A DNA stretch of 64,000 bases, from NCBI GenBank assembly GCA_002633005.1, contig NMRA01000775.1:89467-153466 (forward strand). The letters run 5' to 3'. Of this stretch, positions 54,001 through 64,000 are shown piece after piece; the first letter of the stretch is position 1; each line of letters opens with the position of its first letter. The DNA is from Phoronis australis. Lineage: Eukaryota > Animalia > Phoronida. The notes beneath the pieces are model-generated. The model did no database searches and was not told the origin of the DNA. It saw nothing but the letters and a program-made list of their open reading frames with translations. The translations under genes and the position numbers were made by a program.

Positions 54001-57000
54001 CATGTACGCATGGGCAGAAAACATATCTGCGTAAAGAAAGAGCTGCGCTTTCAAAACTTTCAGAGCATAAGCTCAAGGATTACCCGAGAAAGGAAATACA
54101 ATCAAATACCAAACAGAAACTTGTCCAATGAATATGTAGCTCTTGGAAAACTGTTACCCCGAAGAAGTGTGCAAAATACGTACAGCATTTACGGAAGGTT
54201 GTAACAGAAGTGATTCGTTGCAGTGGAGCCGCCAAAGAATATTAAAAACACTGACAGTTGTACACTAGTGAAGCTGAATGGAAAGCTGAAGTGGAAAAAT
54301 CCAGAACACACATTTTCTTTTCAGGAATTGAAATCTCTGTAGAATCAAAAACAATTGGCAACCAGGCTTTATTGCGTCAGAAAACTTATCACACCAGGAG
54401 AGAATTGTTTTCATGCCCGGAGACTACATGATCACCCATTATGCAATGATGGCAATCCAGTGTGTACCTATACATTGGCATCTATTGTAAAACGTGGATA
54501 AGACGACAGAAATTCAACCGCATTTCCAAGATAATATGTCTGTTGTCGGCGAGAGAGGTTGAACACTTACATGTAGCCCTTGTTTATACGTGTAGTACGG
54601 ACATTATCACTTTGAAGGATCAATGCTTGGGGATGGTAATCATACTTTTGCAGTGGTTCGTAACGAACATATTCATTAAACCCAGTAAATATTTTTGCAA
54701 CTGCCGATCTGCATATTAGGCATGCATATTGCATCATACCTCATGAGAGTAAAACTTGTTATCAATCATAGTAGAAACAATTATTTTTATCATTGCCACA
54801 AGACGTTAACAAAAGCGGTCAGAGTCTGTAACTGTTGAGTCAACATTGCTGATGAATAAACGTCGGTCAAATTCCATTTTTATAACATTGATTCATGCCA
54901 AAGATTTGAAATAGCGCCCCCTTATGAGTTTTAACTTGTCCTGGTGATCACTAGAATCGATGCAATGAACTTATACAAGTTGTTTCTCAACCTGTGTAAT
55001 AGAACTGCACATTGTGTGCATTTTCGTTTGCCAGTGTTCTTTTTGAATCACTGGGTTAATCATTTTTGCGCTCTACATGAAAACACAGACTGCTTTCTTT
55101 AGGATTACATGTACCAAGTTTCTTCCGAAAATATTATTTTCAAAGTTTTACCCCTTGGTGTATAAAAGAAACGCCAAGTATTGTGTTGTTACTCCAAAGG
55201 GCTAGGAAGGCTCTAGCCTTGATGCGAAGCTGTTTACTAAATTAAATATTCAATTTCGTGCCGTTGTGGGTAAAAACTGACCGAATAAAGTCTTCCTAGA
55301 GTAATCTAAATTATTTGCCGGCGTTGCAAAAATTTGTTTTCTACAATTATTCTGCCTATAAAGTTATGGTGTGTTCTTTTGCGTTGACTTTCGACGCAAT
55401 GAAATATTGCATCACCTATTAGCCAGTTTCTTTTTCCCAGATTCTTCAATCAAATGTTCTCCCTCGAGGTTGCGTAAACGTAACAACAAATCATCAGAAT
55501 TGGTTTCACTTCATTACATGAATTAGGAATTTTGATATCAGTAAACCAAATTTTAGAACAAATTTTGCAGAGATGTTGTCATCATCTAATGGAGATGTCG
55601 AAAAAATTCTGGAAGTGGCGCGAGTCACGAATGAACTCTTTTCAAAACGACATACATTTTTTGTTACAAAAGGCAGAGAATTACGCAAAAAATGACGTCG
55701 GATGTTTTTCGCTTTAACAGCCGTAACTGGCAAGTTGAAGGTCAATTGACTTCCAGATTTTGCATGCTCACCCGCCGGTCTTTAGCTCATGTTGATACAA
55801 GCTTCACGACAAGGTGACGTGCGTAACTATCCGGGCTGTGGGCAATTTCGAGGTCAGTCGGAGCTCAATACACAAAGGCACCTTGCTGTATTTTGACAAT
55901 AGTCTTCATACAGCTAGCTGGCTAGATAGGATGGCTATAGCTTCAAAACAATTTTTTACTCCGAAAGTGACAACAAATTCAGAATGATGATCAATGGATG
56001 ATGGATTACACTACAAACCGATCACATTCCTTCGTTTTCATGCGCCCATGATCTTAATATCGGCGCTAAGTTCAAACCATTGTTTATGTTGTTTTTAAAA
56101 TAAACTTGGGTTCTACTACTGTACCAACATATTAAGAAATTATACAGAAATAAACAATAATTATACGTGGTAAAGCGCATTATACAGTGTGATGAAGTGA
56201 TGATCAAGAGCAATAACAGATGAGTGCAAATGCGTGCTGCTTGTTGAGCATTCCGCGGCATGAAAACACTTGAGGTCGTAAACCAGCCAGCATTATATTG
56301 ATTTTTGTGCAATTTTACTGTGAAATTTCAAATTTCTTGCTTGTTTTTATGCATAATGTACTCATACTAAGAGACAGAAATTATGCTTCCGCGATATCAC
56401 TTAACGTTTGATTTTACCACGCCGTCAGTAATTCAACATAAAGTGTACGTTGGTGTAATGTCATGCACTTCGTATTTGTAGGTTGATTCGATTTTACCAC
56501 CTTTCAATAGTTGAACAAAAGTTGATAAACCGATGTCAAGACCGGAGTTGCCACTGGTGAACAAACAGTTAAATGTTTGTTTGGCCAAAGTTCACCCGCT
56601 AAGTCATAAAATGGTAATTGCCGATCAAGGACACGCTTAATCCGAATTGGTCGTCTACGCTAGGCGACCACTTAGCCGACTCAAGTGCCGACCACAGAGG
56701 TGACTCAGCAGATGGCTCCTAGCCGACCGTTGTTGGTCGGCTGCTGGTCGGCTAGACGACCGGTCGGCGGCCAGTCGTCGACCAATTTCCCACCGCTCGG
56801 ACAAAATTTCGTGATGTGTGCTGTATGTGCCAAGCAGGGTCACTAGCAAGAATGAAGTGTCAATTCTTTACAAGCACAGCAATCTCTTTGCATCTAAGAA
56901 AAGAACAATTAATTTGTGACAAATTTTGCAGTCAATGCTCTCATATATTTAGTACTAACATACATTGGAAATTTCATCTCCAGATGTGTTTAAACCTGCT

Positions 57001-60000
57001 GTTTAGTGGCAACATGCCAAGCACTGCACAGATGCGGTTTATAGGCCAGAAGGGTCACAGTTAAACAATATTACGCAGTTCAGCCTCTGGAGGGCATGCA
57101 GTACCTTACAATAAATGGTGCAGTGTGCTACAATATGGCAGCTTCCAGTCAGGTAACCATCACCGCGGGGGGGCAATTTAGCAAATACTAGAAATCAATT
57201 GGATATTCCCAGGGGAGTTGACAGATTGACCAGGGCCCGGTCTCCAATCTCCGTACTCAGACTCATACTCATACTCGAGATTTCATACTCAAAATCGTGC
57301 TCACTGGAGTCGTACTCAAAAAAGCGTATCTAATGTCGTATTTCGAGTAGACTTCAAACGTACTCAAATTTGACACTCATACTCGAGTTGCTATGGAACT
57401 CTTTATGATGTGAAATGCAAAATCACGCAAAGCCGCGCTGATTCATCGCTCCCTATTGGAATAGACCACCCCAAGAACTAGGCCTACATTATCGTCTGCT
57501 GTCGCTACAATTACAAGAGTATGCCTATAACGTGGAATTCTGAGTGTTCTGTAACTGTTATTCATTTTTTAGTTTCAATAAATATTCTTATGCTATTTCT
57601 TTGATACATTTGGCAATTACTAAGCTTTACTTCTTGAGTTCCTCACCCAGTCCCGAAAATGTCTTAAAGAAATTTGTAACAACTTATCACATCACATCTC
57701 TGTTGCTAATTTAGTCTTGACATAAAACCCATTGCTGTGTAGGCCTACGTTGATGTCAAACTTTGATACTGTATCTTTGTATTTCAGCGGGATGTAACAA
57801 GTGAGTTTGACATTTGGCACGTGAGTTAAAAAACAATACTTGTGCAGGCATTCAGAGTTTAACTTCACCAGTGGCAGTGAACGGGACGAGACGTTTACTA
57901 TAAGTTAGAAATCGGCAAACAAAATCTGGAATTCCATTTTGGGATTGAGGAATTATAGATGACTAAGTTATGATGAGAAATGTACCTGACAGGGAAGCGA
58001 ACTTTTTTAACTTCCCTCCCCTCCTCGTCTTTTGGAAACCCTACAAAACGTAGGTACACATACCGAAATAAGGGCAGCACAAACTTCTCACACGACTTTT
58101 CCCACAACTGCTTTCGACGCTTGTTATGACTCGCCGACAAGGGATTACAATGCGCCTGTTGCCAGGAATTGTAGAGGTAGAATGGCGGCCGTAACATACA
58201 GTGATACGGCTGGTTAATAAGGTGAAGAATAAGAAGATTTAAGATGAAAACTATTATCTCTGAACTGAAATTGAAGTGCTGAGATACGGTAAGAGGACTT
58301 ATTTTTTTATATTTGCTGTGTTTCTTGGTTCCCTTTCGATATTTTGTTCTCTGGCTCGTATTTATTTTCGAGTACGATTTCAAGCACACTGCCATACCAA
58401 ACTTGAAATTTGAGCATAGACTCCGAATTTTTACTCAAAATCGTACTCGAAATATAGATGAGATACACTTCAGTTCGAGTACACTCGAAAACTGAGTACG
58501 TGCTCGAAATTTCGAGTACAGATTTTTCGAGTATGACATTGAATACACCAAAGCTGAGTCTGTACTCGAGTTGAGTATGAAGTGTGAGTTTGAGCATGAT
58601 TCGAGTCTGAGTACGGAGATTGGAGACTGGGCCCGGAACTTTAGCTCGGTTATCGTGTAACGATTTTTTATAGCTTAGTTGGACAAATGGAACAATATTT
58701 GGCTTTTGAATTTCATTTGACTGGGTAAAAATGATGTCATAGTAAAGGTTGGTTGAATCTTTAACTGAACAAGGGGTACATTTTTAGGAAACTGTGAACT
58801 GCAAAATCAGTGAACATGGTGAAACGAGGAGACTAATCAGAACGACATGGGGGAAGTCGTAGAATTGGCAAGAATGCATGGTGAAATCTGTCGCAGAAGT
58901 GGCAACACCTGGAAAGGATAATTGATGGTGACCATGGGAAGTACAGGTTGCCATGACCATGATACACAAAGCAAGCAGTCATGAAATTGATACTTATATA
59001 AGTGTGCAGTGTGACACGACACCCCTTCACCCACTCCTCAGTGTGCAGCCATTGAGCCAAATATGACAGAACATAGGGAATATTAAAATGTCAATTAAAG
59101 TAAACCAAATGGTGACTAAAAACTCATGAAGCTATCACCAAAGCTTAATGGAAACCAAGATCATAATTCATCCTAATTTTCTTTCATTCAGAACTTGTGA
59201 CTAACAGGGGCTGACTTGAAATTCAGAAACGGGTGTCACATTTTTATTGGGATTCCGTGGCCATAACCCATTCCTCACATCCTTGAGATCTTGCATTCAG
59301 ACTTTGTTAGTTTAGAATCTCCCCATGAACCATGCTCACGTGTCTTATTCATGACTGTACTTTCCCATCTCTGCCCCCATCACTCCTAGTATTTCATTCT
59401 GATCACTCAGTATTATCAGGGCTTGGAATGACCAATGACAAAAAACGCGGAAACTTTGAAACTTTTACGGCCCAAATCATCGCCCGATAACCAGCCTAGA
59501 ACTGGTCGATGTGAACCTTTCCCCGACAAAAATTGGGCGGACTAAAGAAAAAAAAAAACGTTACCACCATCAGTAGCATGCGTCTGCGTCCTTTTTAGCT
59601 CGCCCGTCTACTCCCAACCTACACATTTTTGGCTGCAGAGCGGTAGTATTTGTTGCCGCGCTTAACAATAACACGAGACGCCATTGAAAATCACACCACG
59701 CTATCCCAGATGCCCCGGCAATGTTGACAATTTACGTTCCTCCGAACATAAAGAGCAACTTCCGCTTTTCGAGTTGAACGTCGTCTGCAACGCCGCGGTA
59801 AGAAAGGAATTTGCCGCGGAAATTTTATATCAAATCCGATTTTTTTACACGGAAATATTATAAAAAAAGCGGAAAGCACATTTGAAAAAAGCGGAAATCC
59901 GCGTTTCCGCGGAAAATTTCAAGCCTTGTGTTATACTGAGGTAGTCGGTGAAACGTCTGGCTATGAGACTTTACCCGTTTAGCATTCTTTGTTGATTTTT

Positions 60001-60605
60001 TCTCATCTACGACTGATTAATTCGATTACCACTCATAGCCTTAAGCCACGTGAACATTTGATCACTTTTCGTCTTGAAAACCAAAAGCCTAATGTATGAA
60101 GAGGCTACTCTACTAATAAAATGCACATAATGACGAAACCAAGAAATCAATTAAATGCCACAATAGTGCTCATTACGATTGTGTAGAGGTTTTTGAATCC
60201 CAAAATTTAAAAACATAAAAACAGAACCACTTGAAAGTTGAAGACCCTGTGGAAACAATTTTTCAACTTTCAAGTTTTAAGTGGATGACCGTGAAGAAAG
60301 TGAGAATGAGGCTCTGGCTCTTCCATTACTCAGGATCTACAAATTTCAACAACTTAGGTGAACGTTGTCTGAAAAGCTTTAAGCTATTACCCAATGAGTC
60401 CTGACTTCTTCAGTGGGTAAAGAATGCTGGCAAATTTATATCCTTTCCAGTCAAGATCCGATCTTAAGACCTTGAAGTGTTTATAGTAGATGTCTCTGTA
60501 GAATTCTTTATCATGTTCCCCGTCCACCTTCAACTCGTGTTCTTCAAGGTACTCAAGATACAGCATGGCTCGGCCCTTGAACTCCTTGTAACGTTGCTTT
60601 GCCAT
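30054..60605 (-). CDS. MOV10: MOV10-like UPF1-family (SF1B) RNA helicase, 17 coding exons, ~1095 aa
   Basis: Exons: 60605-60391, 51384-51079, 50453-50194, 48362-48122, 45637-45500, 44729-44570, 42374-42220, 41200-41015, 38217-38070, 37787-37626, 36599-36496, 35949-35738, 34898-34375, 32859-32683, 32063-31975, 30493-30378, 30148-30054. GT-AG junctions, 3288 nt in frame. Motifs: [15 protein letters not shown], Walker [106 protein letters not shown], and the MOV10-type end EEPQWRHDL. An in-frame stop precedes ATG 60605, and an acceptor at 60624 implies an upstream non-coding exon. The first exon is joined across an assembly gap, so that junction is less certain. Confidence 0.92.
30519..30925. 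repeat. 29/31-bp minisatellite, ~13 copies
   Basis: Unit CACTGATAGTCACATGACCACTGGAACATGC, with three 29-bp variants; lies in a MOV10 intron. Confidence 0.95.
33414..34326. repeat. ~457-bp direct tandem duplication joined by a single n (probable haplotype or assembly overlap)
   Basis: 33414-33869 and 33871-34326 are nearly identical with a few substitutions; n at 33870. Confidence 0.85.
36694..36850. repeat. 17-bp minisatellite, ~9 copies
   Basis: Unit TGGCTCACCTCCCCATG. Confidence 0.95.
37962..38044. repeat. (CA)n / (CCACA)n microsatellite
   Basis: Directly visible. Confidence 0.95.
38629..39375. mobile_element. PIF/Harbinger-like non-autonomous element
   Basis: TAA|GGGCAGTTCCAGTAAAATC ... 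GATTTTGCTGGAACAGCCC|TAA: TIRs and a TAA TSD. Confidence 0.75.
41398..41572. repeat. 29-bp degenerate minisatellite, ~6 copies
   Basis: Unit ATTAGAAGCAATGACTTTGCTTGTCTGAC. Confidence 0.85.
46458..46692. mobile_element. Partial inverted copy of the 38629-39375 Harbinger-like element
   Basis: Reverse complement of ~39130-39375 (GGGCTGTTCCAGCAAAA...CTCCAGGAGGACCTGTTAAGAA...TTGTCAAAAACTAA). Confidence 0.75.
46693..47605 (+). repeat. Composite tandem-unit dispersed repeat (HINE-like)
   Basis: Recurrent CCAAATxTCATCAxGATCCGT and GGGGGTGCTA units, ending GACAGACGGAC...GTGGGTGCAGAAAA. Confidence 0.45.
48577..49870 (+). repeat. HINE/Helentron-like element with ~145-bp units in a ~437-bp higher-order repeat
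   Basis: Starts ACAAGAG, carries internal units with CCACTAG cores, and ends with a GACA/GGAC-like tract, an imperfect hairpin and GCATAAAAA. Confidence 0.6.
52018..52246 (-). mobile_element. tRNA-derived SINE, best-preserved copy
   Basis: Minus strand reads GGAGGCAGTGTGGCCTGGTTG (A-box) ... GGTTCAAGTCC (B-box) ... CCCTTGAGCC, ending in an AT-rich tail. Confidence 0.75.
53425..53618. other. Assembly gap (N run)
   Basis: Run of n. Confidence 1.
54066..54245 (+). pseudogene. Tc1/mariner-type DDE transposase C-terminal remnant
   Basis: [58 protein letters not shown] resembles the Tc1 C-terminal pattern (W..LK......P.TK..L...I...W........Y..HL..V...VI...G..T.Y); one internal stop. Confidence 0.7.
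57234..58633. mobile_element. Harbinger-like non-autonomous element with dense TACTC/GAGTA subterminal repeats
   Basis: TIR GGCCC(G/A)GTCTCCAATCTCCGTACTCAGACTC at both ends; flanks CAG and CGG. Confidence 0.75.
59417..59928. mobile_element. hAT-like MITE
   Basis: CAGGGCTTGGAAT ... ATTTCAAGCCTTG termini with CGCGG/GCGGAAA subterminal repeats; a related end lies at ~38430. Confidence 0.55.
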
Positions 60606-60669
60606 TATGACATCCACTCAACGCCTGCAAGAATGTTTCAGTAATCGTGCTCAATAGCATGCCACAATC

Positions 60670-60830
60670 AAGAACACATTAAAAGTTTTGTGGTGGGTAT
60701 CCCATTAGCCGAGACTGGATACCCACTGTAAGGCCACATCAAAAGTTTTGTGGCAGGTATACCAGAAGCTCAGACAGGATACGCAATGTAAGGACACACC
60801 AAGTCTTTTAGAACTGGATACCCACAGTAA
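60670..60830. repeat. 60-bp degenerate tandem repeat, ~2.6 copies
   Basis: AAG.CCACATCAAAAGTTTTGTGG.....GGATACCCACTGT units starting at 60670, 60730 and 60790. Confidence 0.65.
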
Positions 60831-61557
60831 AAAAAACGCTTCATGACAGTGCAGTAAAATTTCACCAATTTAGGACACAAAATGGTAGATAAGTGAAATT
60901 TTACTTTCACATTATTTTCAATAAAGAGATGTAGCATCAACTTAATGCTTTATGATGTTCAAATTCCGAACCATAGCTACTACCATAAAATATTTTGAAA
61001 AATACAGATGTTCACAAGGCAGTCATCTCGAAAAATGAAAAAATGTAACCTTGGCAATGATTTTGCCTGAGATCCAAGACATTTTGGCCTGATAAGATAA
61101 ATTAAAAGAATCATACTAATCGCAGTTTTGATTATTTCAATCGGCCCTAGTTCTGTCTTCTCCACTGGCGTCAATCTTCCATGTTAAAGGCAAGAATCAA
61201 CTAAAGATTCATACTCAATATATCACAGACTGAACATTATGGTCCTTGGTGGGTGGTCTTTCCCAGAGTTGCCTTGCTTAAAGTGTGGATCCCGATTGCC
61301 CATTTCAGCAGACTGAAAGTTTTCAAATTTTCCTCCTAACTTTTGAGGGTTGCCTAGGGTTACACAGCATTATGTTGTTTTGAACACAGACTTGGATGGG
61401 AAATCATTTTCAGTATCTGCTAACAGGCCAAAAACCGAGTTTGGTATCCTTACAAAGGCCACCAAAGTCCAAGTTAGACTGAGAAATAACTAAAGCGACA
61501 TTAAACCTGTGATTCCTAATAAAGGTCTACAATTTGGTTTAAACCACTATAAGCAAT

Positions 61558-61988
61558 TTAAGACACAATATGGCCGACGTGAAATTTTATGTTTTAATTT
61601 TTTAAATTAAAGATAAGTAGCACCAAATAAATGCTATACCATTTTAAACGTATTTACTATAGCTAGCTTCAGACAATGTTTCCAGCACCTGTGGACATTC
61701 AAAACAATATCAGAAATGTTTGAAAAATGAAAAAAGACCAATTTTGGCAATTATTTTTATCAGAAATTGGTGAGATTTTACCGTATTTGGCTGTGTTCCA
61801 CTTATTCTGCATAGAAATAGTTGCCAAAATTGATATTATGACAAGACCTACCTTGTTGCAAGTAAAGGGAGCTATACCGTGCACTGTTTTATGACATCTA
61901 AACAGTGCAAACCAAGCTCATGGTATACTAAAATTTTCTTTGTTTGTTTTCATAGAAATAAAACTTCATCGCCATATTGTGTGCCATA
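61558..61988. mobile_element. Kolobok-like MITE (related copy at ~45687-45930)
   Basis: TTAAGACACAATATGGCCGACGTGAAATTTT ... AAAACTTCATCGCCATATTGTGTG; the left end is shared with 45687. Confidence 0.5.
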
Positions 61989-64000
61989 CAAGAGGAGAGC
62001 TACAACATAATGAAGACAACTATAGAGTCTGTATTATTAAGTTTGAATCATTCAACAACACCGGCATAATAGACATAGGAACGGAGATGACGAATAACAG
62101 AGACACAAGCATGATAAAATTATGATTGAGATGTGCAGCTCTCGTGGGGGAGGACCACATTCCTGAAGGTCACTTATATTAACAATCACTGGAGCTGTCT
62201 GCAGCCTCTAAGTACTACTATTGGTCTTTAATACAATTATGAACATAGAGTTCTAAGCATATAAGGGACAGCCATGCAACTACTGGCAACTCATAGTCCA
62301 CCAGATGTGGTAATAAGGGACATTTCATATTGAGCGAGAAACCAATTTCACTTGATCCCTACTCAGATTTAATGATGGACAGACCCCCATTTCATGAGTC
62401 GCGGCTAGCCACTGCCTCCACAGTCGTGGATTCTTCTTTGCAGTGGAAAATGTATGGGACATGATGCCCTTCATCCATGAACATTTACAAGAAATTTGAA
62501 TTTTTAGCCAAGTCATTAATAAATCCCACCGACATCGGAGGAAATTTGCTGTGATTACGAAAGGTGCTTATTAAACGCTGTTTATGCCAGTAGGTTGAAA
62601 CCTCCCATCCACACTACATGGGATCTATAGGTGGCGCTGAACACCTGTCCATCGAAGACCTAATCCCCATCTAAATGGATAGCTAGTTTCAACATGGCGT
62701 GGCTATTTCAAAAGTCAGCTATTGAAGCTAGGAACTTTCCCATGGAAGCGCCAATAACGTCACTTACAGTGAACCCGGGCTATAAGGCTAAATGCAAGGT
62801 TTCCCCCACCCACTAACATGAATGAATCACGTTCTCAAAATCCAGAATCCGTGCGACTATTGCAAGGTGTTATATCATGTGAGCCACAGTTCGTTACAAG
62901 TATGCCTCCCAGCTGATAACGGTAACATCCCACCAATATCGGACAAAAATAATTGCCAATATCAGGCATTTCATTTTTCATATAATTTGTCGAGCTATAG
63001 TATTGAATTTGAACATGAAAAGCATAAATTTGGAGGGACATGTCTTCCAGGCCTAATTCTTTAAACAAGTCTGTAAAAGCACAACTCATTAAGAAGCATT
63101 AAGTTTGGCAAGCTCAACAAATGTACTCCGAGGGGCAGCTCCCATAGAAGAGGTATATGGGACAGCCCATACTACTACAAATTTTCTTACAAAAGTCTGC
63201 CACTTCACACAAAATTCCCCACAGTAGAGCTCATTGGTGGTTCCAAACTCAACAAAACATTTATTTTTCCAACAACGTAGGTTTGAGGAAGTTACTTTGG
63301 ACTTAAACTTTGTAGGCAAAATGCACTCTTTTTGACAACATGGGGTCTCTTCAATTGCGTTTGGCTTACTGATTTAAAATTTGAGCCAGCAGTCTGGAAA
63401 TGTTAGGATTATGGAATTAATCACAACTGGATCAAAACCTTACATTCAGGAAGCTCCTTACAAATGGGCTCCTTTTAGGCCACTCACTAAATGGATGGGT
63501 ATCATGATTTTCCAGCACAACCTCCACCAAAATATAACGGAATTGCCCCCCAAAAATTGAATAAATTTCCTTCCCTATTGTCGCAACTGCTGATACATCG
63601 GTGATGGCTAATGATAAGCTTATCAGTCTACATTTAACAAAATTGACTCATGGTTTTAAGATAAAAATGACCTGACTTGTAACTATTAAACTCGGTCACC
63701 GATAGCTCAGCTCAGTTAACACTGAATATGATAAAGTCTGGGAAATTTTCTTTGAACCAAAAATAGCTAACGATAAAATATCACCACTTCAGGACATGAC
63801 TATCGCCAACAACTGAAATTTTAATTTTATCATTTCTTCATCAGGCAAATGCAGCAACAACATAAATTATTTTCCACGTTCAAGATTAAGTACTGCAGCT
63901 AGGTCTTTATCCAGAATTTCGAAAATAGGGTTCCAAAATGGGGTTCCCAATGTTCCATGATTCTAACGACGTGTTACCCCACCACCATTCACCAGTAAAC

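Larger units (their letters stand above)
51619..56823. mobile_element. ~5.2-kb TA-flanked DNA transposon (Tc1/mariner-like), decayed, with nested inserts and a gap
   Basis: TA|CAGCACACATCACGAAwTTTTGTCCGA..GGAAATTGGTCGACGAC is inverted at both ends with TA flanks, followed by subterminal GCCGACC/GGTCGGC repeats. An internal Tc1-like transposase C-terminus is present. Confidence 0.75.

Noticed and set aside
60387-60617. Separate small gene
   Set aside because: It resembles the MOV10 N-terminus and its phase-2 donor fits the acceptor at 51384, so it is treated as MOV10 coding exon 1.
62822-63319. Short ORFs near the right edge
   Set aside because: No recognisable motifs or consistent splice structure; they partly overlap Kolobok-like repeat sequence.

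Overview
AT-rich, intron-rich animal genomic DNA, most likely from a marine invertebrate; the taxon cannot be fixed from the sequence alone. Three spliced genes can be rebuilt by hand with GT-AG junctions in consistent phase. (1) A GNS-like N-acetylglucosamine-6-sulfatase on the minus strand, with 11 exons visible and the 3' end running off the left edge. (2) ZNF277 on the plus strand, 12 exons, ~435 aa, head-to-head with GNS with only 147 bp between start codons. (3) A MOV10-like UPF1-family (SF1B) RNA helicase on the minus strand, 17 coding exons, ~1095 aa, convergent with ZNF277. The introns are packed with MITEs, tRNA-derived SINEs, HINE/Helentron-like composite repeats, minisatellites and a 5.2-kb TA-flanked element carrying a Tc1-like transposase remnant. 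The most notable observations are: a JAZ/matrin-type zinc finger in the MOV10 N-terminus; a ~145-bp-periodic array of CTCF-like motifs inside a dispersed repeat; a degenerate tandem copy series of the ZNF277 coding end in its 3' region; a minisatellite made of 5' splice-site consensus on the MOV10 sense strand; and a CLEAR/E-box minisatellite. No prokaryotic systems and no CRISPR array are present. All calls are by eye; no searches were run.
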